From assembly GCA_963758085.1 (NCBI GenBank), contig CAVWUB010000004.1, positions 334,259 through 398,258 on the forward strand: a stretch of 64,000 bases of DNA, read 5' to 3'. Source of the DNA: an uncultured Planctomycetaceae bacterium. Lineage in GTDB: Bacteria > Planctomycetota > Planctomycetia > Pirellulales > Pirellulaceae. Below, in pieces: positions 38,424 to 47,306 of this stretch. Numbering within the stretch: the stretch's first letter is position 1; each line of letters begins with the position of its first letter. Below the pieces are notes generated by a model. It saw only the letters and a list, made by a program, of their open reading frames with translations, did not search any database and had not been told where the DNA came from. The position numbers and the translations under genes were made by a program.

Positions 38424-39470
38424 ATGTCGACTAATCTCGTGCCAACGGAGCGCGGTTGGCGGATCCGGCTTGGTGGCAGCGACTCAAGGCTTTCAGTTTT
38501 GGCAATCCAGTTTCAGTGCCATGAGTGTGGCAAAACGATCAGCGTGAAAGACGAACTAGCCGGTAAGCGGGTGAAGTGCCCGTGCGGCGCTGTCGTCACT
38601 GCAACCGCTGCGGCTCCCACGGCGACTGCCGGCGCCGCACGTCCTGCCCGGCCGGCGCCTGCGCGGCCGGTGCCCGCCCGACCGGTGGCTGCCCGACCCG
38701 CTGTTCAAACTTCTACCGCTGCCCGAGCGGGCACCGCACGCCCGGCACCGGGTCTACCGGCCAGCGGCAATCCGTACATCGCGGGCAGCAATGACCTCAG
38801 TTCGCTGTTTGATGAACTGACGGAATCGGATCTGCAGACCAAGCGTGAGCGGGATCAGCAGGCGGCGGACTCGCAGGCCGCGGTCAAAGATCCGCTGGCC
38901 GCCTACCGCCCCGATAAAGGCGGCAAAGCATCGCGTCCCGGCGGTGCCGGTCCGCGGCCGGTGGGGCTGACGATCCTGGCGGTCCTCAACTTTTTAATCG
39001 CGGCGCTCATGCTCACGCTCGGGGTGCTGTTCCTGGTTGGCACCCAAGCCTTCGGTGATGCCCTCGCAGAAGTGGAGTTCCTGCAAGAAGTCGCCACTGC
39101 CATTGCGGTGACGATACTCATCGCTGGCGGCTTTTGTGCAGCCACCGGCGCGGGGTTACTCAGCGGCCAGCCCTGGGGTTGGTGGCTCGGCACGACGGTC
39201 TATACATACAGTGCCTTCGACGGCATCTTCTCCATCATCTTCGCACTGCTCGAGGCCGCTCCGCCGGACACTGCATTTAAAAATGTTGGGAGGGTCCTGT
39301 TTGCGATCGGGGTCGTCTCCTACCTCTTTAATGAAGAACGTCGCGCGTATTACAGAATCCAAACCAAGCCCGCGATCGCCGCGGTGATCGTGATTGGCAC
39401 GATGGCAGTCCTAGCGTTCGCACTGCAATTGGGCCTGCACCTGATGGTCGAGGATGTGCCGGCCCAGTAG
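38424..39470 (+). CDS. Membrane protein with an N-terminal zinc ribbon, Pro/Ala-rich linker and a C-terminal 4-TM domain
   Basis: CHECGKTISVKDELAGKRVKCPCG (C-x2-C...C-x-C), then PAPARPVPARPVAARP repeats, then four hydrophobic helices. The start is set at the ATG at 38424 to avoid overlapping the upstream gene. Confidence 0.5.
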   Translation: MSTNLVPTERGWRIRLGGSDSRLSVLAIQFQCHECGKTISVKDELAGKRVKCPCGAVVTATAAAPTATAGAARPARPAPARPVPARPVAARPAVQTSTAARAGTARPAPGLPASGNPYIAGSNDLSSLFDELTESDLQTKRERDQQAADSQAAVKDPLAAYRPDKGGKASRPGGAGPRPVGLTILAVLNFLIAALMLTLGVLFLVGTQAFGDALAEVEFLQEVATAIAVTILIAGGFCAATGAGLLSGQPWGWWLGTTVYTYSAFDGIFSIIFALLEAAPPDTAFKNVGRVLFAIGVVSYLFNEERRAYYRIQTKPAIAAVIVIGTMAVLAFALQLGLHLMVEDVPAQ

Positions 39471-39516
39471 CCGCGGCATCGCTACTGCGGCGGTCGCCCT
39501 AGCCCGCTGCCCGTGC

Positions 39517-40629
39517 CTATTGCACAGCCGAAAAACGGTGCGTCGGCAGTGGCCGGCCGGGCCGGAAACTCTGTGTCTGAGTGACTTGGCAGCTCCCGCC
39601 CACCGACCGGCAAGCCTGCTCGACCGCCTGCTGCACCAGTTCTTGCAGCGTCTGCGGATCGATGGCCACGCGAGCGTTGACCACCACATCGGCCGCTGCG
39701 GTCTGGCACTGGGAGGCCAATGACAGTTCGGCTGGCGACAGGCTGCTGGTCAAGTTGGCGACCGCGGAAAAACCTTCCCACAGCCCGATCGCTTTCAGGT
39801 GAGCGGTTTCAGCGCCGGCATGGGCCAGCGACGCCTGCAGCGCCGCGACAATCCCCAGGATCAATTCGTCTAGCGCAAACGGCTCATTGGCCGTAGCCTT
39901 CAAACTCATATTGAGCCAGCCGAGTTCCGCTTCGCCCTCGGCGTAAATGTCGTAGTCGATTTCCAGCGTCCGCCGCCCGAAGTCGCCGCGCTGGTCGAGC
40001 ATTTCTAGCAACAGGTCGAACCCGGCCCCGGTACGCGCGCTGGTCCGCAGGATCGGCACTCCGGCGGCTTCGGTCGCCAATAGCCCCGCCAACTCATCGA
40101 GTTCCTCTGCCGTCAGCTCGTCGGCGCGATTGATGATCACGAAGTCGGCTTCTTCGAGCTGTTTTTTGAAGATGTACTGGGCCTTGGGCGAGAAACCGGC
40201 CCGCTGACCACCGGAAAGGATGCGTTTACCGTGATTTGGCTTGAGGATGACGCCATAAGGTGCCACGTCGAACTGCTCGCCCAACAATTGCACCAGCGGC
40301 TGGATCACGGTGGCGACCAAGTCGGTGCAACTACCGACCGGCTCGGCCAGAATCACGTCCGGCCGCCCATCGCGACCGAGCTCTTCAGCCCGCTGAGTCA
40401 GCTCATTGAAATTGCAGCAGAAACAAGAGCCCGCTACCTCGCCGACCTCAAAGCCCTGCGCCCGCAGCGTCTGCGTGTCGACCAGATCGGTCGCTTGATC
40501 GTTGGTCACGATCGCCACCCGCAGCCCACGGCTCTGATAAGTGCGAGCCAACCTGGCAATGGTGGTCGTCTTACCGGCGCCAAGGAAGCCGCCGAGCATG
40601 ATGAATCGAATCGGTGCCATGGGACGCAA
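39517..40629 (-). CDS. G3E-family P-loop GTPase (HypB/UreG/CobW-like), putative metallochaperone
   Basis: The N-terminal P-loop is GGFLGAGKTT. IVTNDQATDLVDTQTLRAQG and EPVGSCTDLVATV resemble the UreG/HypB Switch and ENVGNLVCP regions. A CFCC Cys cluster is present. There is a ~170-aa C-terminal extension of unknown function. Confidence 0.45.
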   Translation of the reverse strand: MRPMAPIRFIMLGGFLGAGKTTTIARLARTYQSRGLRVAIVTNDQATDLVDTQTLRAQGFEVGEVAGSCFCCNFNELTQRAEELGRDGRPDVILAEPVGSCTDLVATVIQPLVQLLGEQFDVAPYGVILKPNHGKRILSGGQRAGFSPKAQYIFKKQLEEADFVIINRADELTAEELDELAGLLATEAAGVPILRTSARTGAGFDLLLEMLDQRGDFGRRTLEIDYDIYAEGEAELGWLNMSLKATANEPFALDELILGIVAALQASLAHAGAETAHLKAIGLWEGFSAVANLTSSLSPAELSLASQCQTAAADVVVNARVAIDPQTLQELVQQAVEQACRSVGGSCQVTQTQSFRPGRPLPTHRFSAVQ

Positions 40630-40740
40630 GACCTTCTATTTCAGGTGCATTCGGGATCGCTGCGGCGATAGGCGGCAGGGAGCAAGAGGAATGAGGCGTT
40701 CACGATAGCTCAGAGTGAGACGGTAGGCGAGGAGCGGGTG

Positions 40741-40775
40741 GCGGGAGAACGGAGGACGGTGGACGGTGGACGAGG
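40741..40775. repeat. GGACGGTGGACGGTGGACG heptamer repeat (same unit as at 8536-8560)
   Basis: Read directly: ggaggacggtggacggtggacgagg, at the 3' end of the YihY-family gene. Confidence 0.8.
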
Positions 40776-40776
40776 A

Positions 40777-42318
40777 TTATCCGGCGGCCGCGATGGCGTC
40801 ACTGGCGGCTTCAGGTTCCAGCGGCACTGGCTGATCGCAGACGAGGTCGGCGAGCGTTTTATCGCCGGCGGCGGCAAGCTGGGCGGCTTTGAGCGCATCG
40901 AGCGTCTGCCAAGCGGTGCCCGAGAGGCCGGAGGGCAATTCGTGAGCGATCTCCAACACATCGCGAATCTGAATCGACTCCGGCGGACATGCCAGCGTGT
41001 AACTCTCGTCAGCTTCATCCGAACAAGCCAACCGGGCGACCCAGCCGGCGGCTTCCAGCTTGCGAACCATCGAGTGCACGACGGTTGTTGGTAGCAGCAA
41101 CCGCTCGGACAGGTCCTGCTGGTCGGTCGCACTGCCGCGCATGAACGCCTGGCCGATCGTGACCAGAATCGGCAAGATCCAAATCGGGTCGCCGGTAGGA
41201 AGGTTGGCCAGTGGCGTTTGCAGCTTGGCGGGGTAACGTCCGCGGAGGGTCTGTAGGGTGTGGGTCAGCACCACGCCGAACAAGATGATCATCCACGTCA
41301 CGTAGATCCAGAACAGGAACAGTGGGATCAGTCCCAATGAGCCGTACAACGACGAATAGGGGAGTGCTTTGACCACGTAGAGCTGGAAACCGAGCTTGGC
41401 GACTTCCCACAGCGCCGCTCCAACGGCCGCGCCGATCGCTGCGGCGCGAAGCGAGACGTGGGTGTTGGGCATCAGCGCGTAGAGCAGGAACAGCAGCACC
41501 CAGCTAGCGAGGATCGACAGGCCCCGGGTCAGCACCGTCGCCGTGGTCGCGATCGGGACGACCCCCGAGAGGTACTCGATGAACTGCCCGGACAGATAGA
41601 GGCTGGCCGCCAGCAGGCCGCTGCCCAAGGTGATGATCGACCAATGGATCGCCAGCCGCAGGTGTAGAGGACGCTCCGTGGGCGCCTCAAAGATGATGTT
41701 GAACAGATATTCCACAGCGTTGGAGAGCGCCACGGCGGTGTAGATGAACAGCAGCAGACCAAAGATCCCCAGCGAGGCGAAATCGAGGCTGGCGACCTTG
41801 CCGGTCGCCTCCCGCAGCCCCCGGCGGATGCTCGCCTTCACTTCGTGGCTCTCATCGCTCAAGTCGGCGATCGGCTCAGCTAACGCCGTATCCAACACCG
41901 TATCCCCCGATTCGGGCTCGGCTGCCTCCAGATCGAGCCCATACGTCTCGGGCACTTCGGGGACGCCGAAAAATGAGTAGAGCTGGTTTTCCAGACTCGC
42001 CTGGACTTCCTCCACTCCGCCGACGACACGAAACATCACCAGGCTCAAGACCACGACCGGAATCAGCGAAAAGATCGTCCGATAGGTCAGCTCGGCGGCC
42101 ATGCCTTCGGCCCGTACCCGCGCCAATTCACGATAACAGTGAGCCGCAATCCGTCCCGCCTTGCGAACGCGGATCTGCAGCCGAGTCAGTTCGTCTTCGG
42201 GACGAGCAAAGAAGTCCTGCAGTCGTTCAATATGTTCACGCAGCATAGACGCCGAGCCGATGGGACTGGAAAATACGGACCGAGCCGGTGCCGACAGCAG
42301 CGAGTGGGGGGTCAACAC
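40777..42318 (-). CDS. YihY/BrkB-family inner-membrane protein with a C-terminal soluble (winged-helix-like) extension
   Basis: ELTYRTIFSLIPVVVLSLVMF and about 6 TM helices are typical of YihY/BrkB. A ~130-aa C-terminal hydrophilic domain follows. The start could be 42318 or the internal MLREH. Confidence 0.55.
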   Translation of the reverse strand: MLTPHSLLSAPARSVFSSPIGSASMLREHIERLQDFFARPEDELTRLQIRVRKAGRIAAHCYRELARVRAEGMAAELTYRTIFSLIPVVVLSLVMFRVVGGVEEVQASLENQLYSFFGVPEVPETYGLDLEAAEPESGDTVLDTALAEPIADLSDESHEVKASIRRGLREATGKVASLDFASLGIFGLLLFIYTAVALSNAVEYLFNIIFEAPTERPLHLRLAIHWSIITLGSGLLAASLYLSGQFIEYLSGVVPIATTATVLTRGLSILASWVLLFLLYALMPNTHVSLRAAAIGAAVGAALWEVAKLGFQLYVVKALPYSSLYGSLGLIPLFLFWIYVTWMIILFGVVLTHTLQTLRGRYPAKLQTPLANLPTGDPIWILPILVTIGQAFMRGSATDQQDLSERLLLPTTVVHSMVRKLEAAGWVARLACSDEADESYTLACPPESIQIRDVLEIAHELPSGLSGTAWQTLDALKAAQLAAAGDKTLADLVCDQPVPLEPEAASDAIAAAG

Positions 42319-42706
42319 CGACTGTTCGGGTCAAGGGGTCAGCAGTCAATTGTGCGCAGCACCTGAAGGGCCGTGCCGGCAATTCACTCCTGACCCCTTA
42401 ACCGCTCCTGCACGAATCCATCCGGCCGTTCATCATACCGCAGGTCCTGTGCCCAGCCGATCGGTGAGCGCTGCTCACAGCTTGACGGCTTACCGGCGAC
42501 GATGGTCACAACCCTCACCCAGATGGCTCGAATGCGCCGCTCAAGCGGACCAACTGCGCAAAAGCTATATCGCATCGGTGCCCTCGGCGTTACAACGGTG
42601 GCCTTTCGGTGAGTTATCCCAAAGATCGAGTCGGAGTCGGAATCGTTTGCTGATGCTCAAGGATCTAAGCCCTCTAAAAGTGCCCGTCGATTCAGCGGTT
42701 CGCAGC

Positions 42707-43579
42707 ATGACCGGCCAGGGTACCGGTCGCGTTGAGAGCGAACTCGGTTCGCTGACGGTGGAGTTGCGTTCGGTCAACCAACGCGGACTGCGGGTCTCGC
42801 CGCGGATGGGCGAACTGCTATCGCCGCTCGAAAGTCGCTTTGAGCAGCTGATCCGTAGCCAGTTGAAGCGCGGAGCGCTGCAGGCTTCGGTTCGCTTTGC
42901 GCCCTCGGCGGCCATTTTGCCGACAATGATCAACTCGGAGGTGGTCATCGCCTACGTGGCCCAGCTGCGTCAGATCCGCACCTCGATCGGGCTCCAGGAT
43001 CCAATTGATCCGACCGGACTGCTGCAGTTGCCCGGAGTGATCAGCGGGACGGAAGGGGCGGCGATTGATCCCGAAGCGGTGTGGCCACTGCTGCAGGAAG
43101 CGACCGAGCTGGCGCTGCAGAGCCTTGACGAGATGCGCGCTGTCGAAGGTGCGGCGATGGCTGTTCAGCTGCGACTGGATGCCGCCTCGATCTCAGAGCA
43201 GCTGCGGCAAATCACGGTTCTGGCACCCCGGGTCGTGGTCCAGCATCGCGATCGGCTCGAAGGCCGTGTTACGCGTTACTTGGAACAGCGCGGCTTGGAG
43301 GTGACGCAGTTGGACTTGCTGCGTGAAGTGCAATTGTTCGCCGATCGTTGTGACATCAGCGAAGAAATCACGCGGCTCTCTAGCCACCTGCAACTGTTTG
43401 CCGACACGCTCGGCGGCTCCGAAGCCAGCGGCCGTAAACTCGATTTCATCATCCAGGAAATGTTCCGCGAGACCAACACGATCGGCAGCAAGGCCAGCGA
43501 CGCTCAAATCGCCGCGCTGGTGGTCGAGATCAAGTGTGCCCTGGAGCGAATGCGTGAACTGGTGCAAAATCTTGAGTAA
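42707..43579 (+). CDS. yicC: YicC-family stress-induced protein
   Basis: The N-terminus MTGQGTGRVESELGSLTVELRSVNQRGL and C-terminus KLDFIIQEMFRETNTIGSKA are conserved YicC N- and C-terminal domains. The upstream in-frame extension overlaps the opposite-strand gene and was rejected. Confidence 0.75.
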   Translation: MTGQGTGRVESELGSLTVELRSVNQRGLRVSPRMGELLSPLESRFEQLIRSQLKRGALQASVRFAPSAAILPTMINSEVVIAYVAQLRQIRTSIGLQDPIDPTGLLQLPGVISGTEGAAIDPEAVWPLLQEATELALQSLDEMRAVEGAAMAVQLRLDAASISEQLRQITVLAPRVVVQHRDRLEGRVTRYLEQRGLEVTQLDLLREVQLFADRCDISEEITRLSSHLQLFADTLGGSEASGRKLDFIIQEMFRETNTIGSKASDAQIAALVVEIKCALERMRELVQNLE

Positions 43580-43584
43580 CGAAC

Positions 43585-44217
43585 GTGCGTAACTTTGATG
43601 CCGGAATCATGACTAGGAACGAACCGGCCCGCGGCCAGCTGATCATCGTCTCCGGCCCCAGCGGTGCGGGTAAGTCGACCGTCGTGCGCCGGCTGATCCA
43701 GGAATGCCCGCTGCCGCTGGCGACGAGCATTTCGGCGACCACGCGGCAGCCGCGAGACACCGAACGCGACGGCATCGATTACTTCTTCATGTCCCCGGAG
43801 CGATTCGCCCAGCTCCAGCGCGAGGGGGCGTTTGTCGAGTGCAAACAGAACTTCGGGCTGCAGCACTGGTACGGGACGCTGCACGATCAGGTTGCCGCTG
43901 GCTTAAATGCCGGCAAATGGTTAATCTTAGAGATCGATGTTCAGGGCGCGATGGAGGTGATGGAAAATCCTCACTTCGACCCGATCACCATCTTCATCCA
44001 TCCCGGCGGCTTGGATGAGCTGGAACGCCGACTGCGAGGCCGTGGCAGCGAAACCGAAGAATCGCTGGCAGCCCGGCTAAAAACCGCTGCGGCGGAAATG
44101 CGGTACATGTCGCGCTACCAATACGAAGTGGTCAACGCGTCGGTCACCCAAGCTGTCACCGAAATCTGCCAGATCTTACTGCACGCTAAGGAACTGAACG
44201 AATGCTCGAAGAGCTAA
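43585..44217 (+). CDS. gmk: Guanylate kinase
   Basis: LIIVSGPSGAGKSTVVRRL...SISATTRQPRDTERDGIDYFFMSPERF. It is a conserved yicC neighbour. Confidence 0.85.
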   Translation: MRNFDAGIMTRNEPARGQLIIVSGPSGAGKSTVVRRLIQECPLPLATSISATTRQPRDTERDGIDYFFMSPERFAQLQREGAFVECKQNFGLQHWYGTLHDQVAAGLNAGKWLILEIDVQGAMEVMENPHFDPITIFIHPGGLDELERRLRGRGSETEESLAARLKTAAAEMRYMSRYQYEVVNASVTQAVTEICQILLHAKELNECSKS

Positions 44218-44465
44218 AAGAAGAAGAAATCGTCAACAAAGTTGGCGGCCGGTTCAAACTCAGCACTTTGATCCAGAAACGACTGGTCCAGCTCAACCAA
44301 GGCAGCCGCGCCCTGGTCAACGTCGATACCCATGACAAGATGAGCATCGTGCTCAAGGAGATCATGGCCGACAAGATCACGCTGAGCTTGGACAACGAAA
44401 TCCAAACGCTCGACGCACAGATCGCCGCCTTCGAAGGCCCTGATCTGGGCGCCATGGACCTGTAA
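44202..44465 (+). CDS. rpoZ: DNA-directed RNA polymerase subunit omega
   Basis: An 87-aa protein, VNKVGGRFKLSTLIQKRLVQLNQG, in the conserved position after gmk. Confidence 0.65.
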   Translation: MLEELKEEEIVNKVGGRFKLSTLIQKRLVQLNQGSRALVNVDTHDKMSIVLKEIMADKITLSLDNEIQTLDAQIAAFEGPDLGAMDL

Positions 44466-44473
44466 GCGTCAGC

Positions 44474-44531
44474 GTGGCCGACCGCTCCGCCGGTCGGAGT
44501 TGAATGTGGCCGACCGCTCCGCCGGTCGGTG
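44474..44531 (+). terminator. Two tandem GC hairpins (GGCCGACCG-CTCCGC-CGGTCGG, twice) downstream of rpoZ; no U-tract
   Basis: A direct repeat of a 24-nt unit, each self-complementary (CCGACCG/CGGTCGG). Confidence 0.35.
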
Positions 44532-44599
44532 CTCCCTGACAGCAACCGTTCGATCGCGGAGCGATCGACCACCTAACACTGCACTTCCACGAGCTTTCT

Positions 44600-45214
44600 A
44601 TGGCCGCTGCGGGCCGACCTGTTGTGATTCTCGCTGTCGGCGGCGGGATCGCCGCTTACAAATCCGCAGCCCTCTGTAGCCGATTGGTCCAGAGCGGCTA
44701 TGAAGTCCGTGTCGCCATGACCTCCTCGGCGACCGAATTCGTGGGACCGGCGACCTTTGCGGCGCTCTCGGGCCAAGCGGTCGCAACCGGGTCCTTTGAT
44801 CCGGCTCAGTGGCCGCTTGGACCTCACATCGAACTCGCCGGCGGAACGCGTCGAGCCGACGCCGACTTACTGATCGTTGCTCCGGCGACCGCGAACCTGC
44901 TCGGCCAGTTCGCCCACGGGATCGCAATCGATTTGGTCACCACGCTGTACTTGCAGGTCGGCTGCCCCGTGCTCCTGGCTCCGGCGATGAGCCAAGTGAT
45001 GTGGGCCAAGCCGGCGGTCCAGAGAAATATCCAACAGCTGCGCGATGACGGCTGCCACTTCGTCGGACCGGAACAGGGCTGGCTCAGTTGCCGGCAGTCC
45101 GGCAGCGGCCGCATGAGCGAACCGGAATCGATCGCTCAGGCATGCGATGAGTTGCTGCGGACCGCTCGTGAGCGACTCGAAGAAGATGCCCGCGCAGCCG
45201 ACCAGCGCTGCTGA
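44600..45214 (+). CDS. coaC: Phosphopantothenoylcysteine decarboxylase flavoprotein (CoaC domain only)
   Basis: VVILAVGGGIAAYKSAALCSRLVQSGYEVRVAMTSSATEFVGPATF...ADLLIVAPATANLLGQFAHGIA is a flavodoxin-like CoaC. The 204-aa ORF stops before any CoaB domain. Confidence 0.75.
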   Translation: MAAAGRPVVILAVGGGIAAYKSAALCSRLVQSGYEVRVAMTSSATEFVGPATFAALSGQAVATGSFDPAQWPLGPHIELAGGTRRADADLLIVAPATANLLGQFAHGIAIDLVTTLYLQVGCPVLLAPAMSQVMWAKPAVQRNIQQLRDDGCHFVGPEQGWLSCRQSGSGRMSEPESIAQACDELLRTARERLEEDARAADQRC

Positions 45215-45238
45215 CCGGGCACCTGTACCTCGGTTTTC

Positions 45239-45790
45239 TCAACCGCCATCGCTGGACGCGATCTTCCCTTTCGACACCAAGTCAAAGTCAGCCACATTGC
45301 GCTTGCCTGCTACGACTTCAAATTGCAGTGTCGACTCCGCATTGAACTGACTTGGGATCCGCTCGGGAACGGCAGGAACAGGAGTCCCGTCGGCCGTTTC
45401 ACTCGGCCCCTGTGCGGTCGTAATACGAACGCGACTCAAGCCCGGCACGGCACCTTGCCGTCCCTGAGCATAATTCAATACGTAACGCCCCTGATCGTCG
45501 GTGATCCCACCCGCTGGCCTGCCTTGACCCCGGATGAACACGACCGTTGCCTTGGGCAACGGCTGCCCGTCCATGGTAACCGTCCCTTCCACCCTGCCGA
45601 TGTCGGAGTCCGATGAGCAGCCGCCGGTGTAGAGGAGCGCGCCAGCAGGAACGCCCGCCCAATCCGGAGGCGACGGGACACGCCGGTTCGTGGTCGACCT
45701 GCGCAACGGGAGACCAAGCGTTGCGAAACCCTTGCCGAAGCTGCATGTCCACCTCCAACGGGACGCAACTTCGGCTCGTGGCTGGACCAT
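45239..45790 (-). CDS. Small lipoprotein with a carboxypeptidase-regulatory-like beta-sandwich domain
   Basis: A lipobox-like LLYTGGCSS, then GTVTMDGQPLPKATVVFIRG...DDQGRYVL, a typical CarbopepD_reg-like pattern. The start is uncertain, possibly a non-ATG start downstream of 45790. Confidence 0.45.
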   Translation of the reverse strand: MVQPRAEVASRWRWTCSFGKGFATLGLPLRRSTTNRRVPSPPDWAGVPAGALLYTGGCSSDSDIGRVEGTVTMDGQPLPKATVVFIRGQGRPAGGITDDQGRYVLNYAQGRQGAVPGLSRVRITTAQGPSETADGTPVPAVPERIPSQFNAESTLQFEVVAGKRNVADFDLVSKGKIASSDGG

Positions 45791-45945
45791 TTAGTGGAGA
45801 CTGCGTCCATTGCTTTGGTGATTTTCATATTGGTGCTAAAAAATGATGGATTCACTGGACGTTATGAGATATCAATTGATCTCGCAGGTATCAATAACCT
45901 GGTGCTTCCGCGAATTGCGTGGCAGGCAACCCGTCAGGTAAACCT

Positions 45946-46080
45946 CTTGGGTGGCACGCTTAGAGCCACAGCGATGGGCGTGGGCGGACAGAGTTAACTT
46001 CCCGAACGACCAGCCATGCTGTGGTAGCCACGCCGTTCCCTCCAAGACGCCATTCGTTCCTCAGGGTCGTGCCACTTGAG
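45946..46080 (+). repeat. Conserved ~130-nt structured element, copy 3 of 3
   Basis: ctcttGGGTGGCACGCTTAGAGCCACAGCGATGGGCGTGGGCGG ... ACGCCATTCGTTCCTCAGGGTCGTGCCACTTg. The 3' terminal repeat is CCACTT instead of CCACCC, which still pairs with 5' GGGTGG through G-U pairs. Confidence 0.7.
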
Positions 46081-46206
46081 AGTTCAAAGCCCGCACCCCA
46101 TGCGCCATCAAAAGCCCGGAAGAACCAAAATCTCAACCGCTCCGTTGCCCCGTGTCCCACAACTCCAATGGGACACAGGGGCAGCGGATGGCTGATTGCA
46201 TACAGC

Positions 46207-47306
46207 TTAGAACTCGCCGACAATCAATCCATCATTGATGGAGTAGAGTCGCTGATAAATGCCATAACCCTCGCCACGATTTGGACGCTCGAAGGCGCTG
46301 GCCGCGTTGACCCATGCAGTCGCCGTGTGCTGGACGAACTCCGAGACGAACCGGACCGATCCGTCGGCAAACCCAAACGTCGCACCTCCGGGGTGCTGGC
46401 TGCTGGCGGTGCGGTGCGGCTGCGGGTTTCCTTGGTCCTGGGTCCAGTTAATCGCCCACTGGCCATTGACCATCAGCGCATTGGTCGCACCGGACGCGTA
46501 CTCCGCAATATCCTTGCCTGCATAGATCCGGGACCGGTTGCGACCATTGGCATCCATCTCCCATTTGGTTTCAGCAACCATGATGGTATTGGTCGAGCCA
46601 TCGAGGATGTCACGTAGACCGACGGCCGGCCCGCGGTTGTTGCGGCAGAATACACCGTTGAACCGGCCGGCGGCCGGTTCGCGCCGACCGCAGCTCCTGC
46701 CCAGCCGTCGTAGGCACTGCCGGCACCTTGATAACTGCTTGTCGCCGAATTCGGTATGGCGCCGTCGTTCCACTGCGGCGGCTTGGTATCAGAGGGGCAG
46801 CTGAACAATGCCAGGGGTGTCTGGCACACCTCACGGTTTCGTGTGATCGTATTCTCGCCCGCGGGGTACCTGGGATCAAAGCGATCGAACTGATTGCCTT
46901 GTTCAATGAAGTGCAGCAAGCCGGTGGCCCAACCAAAACCTGATCCGCCTTCGGCATTGAGCCGATTGCCGTCAAAATCTCCACGGTAATCGTGACCGAT
47001 CGGAAACTTATTATGAGTATCGTGGTAGTTGTGCAGTGCCAGCCCGATGTTCTTAAGGTTGTTACTGCACGACATCCGCCGCGCCGCCTCACGAGCCGAT
47101 TGCACAGCCGGCAACAGCAGTCCGACCATCACGCCAATGATGGCGATCACGACCAGGAGTTCGACGAGCGTGAAACCGCTAGAGCAATGGCTGGCTGAGT
47201 GCCGTGGTGGCTGTGACGATGGGATCGGCCTCGGCTTGCGCGTCGTCGAAGGTTTGACCGGGGCAGTATCGAGATAGTACCGCCGTTGAGTTGCATTCCA
47301 TTTCAT
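46207..47306 (-). CDS. DUF1559 / prepilin-type N-terminal cleavage-methylation domain protein, with a frameshift near 46680-46770
   Basis: [53 protein letters not shown] is in ORF 46473-47306. The typical C-terminus NTIMVAETK...[16 protein letters not shown] is in the overlapping ORF 46207-46773 in another frame. Confidence 0.7.

Noticed and set aside
42161-42706. Long N-terminal extension of yicC overlapping the opposite-strand YihY gene
   Set aside because: The conserved YicC N-terminus starts at MTGQGTGRVE (42707). The extension is an antisense overlap with a real gene.
44474-44531. Possible minimal CRISPR or REP element
   Set aside because: Only two copies of a 24-nt palindromic unit with no spacer structure. 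Better explained as tandem terminator-like hairpins.
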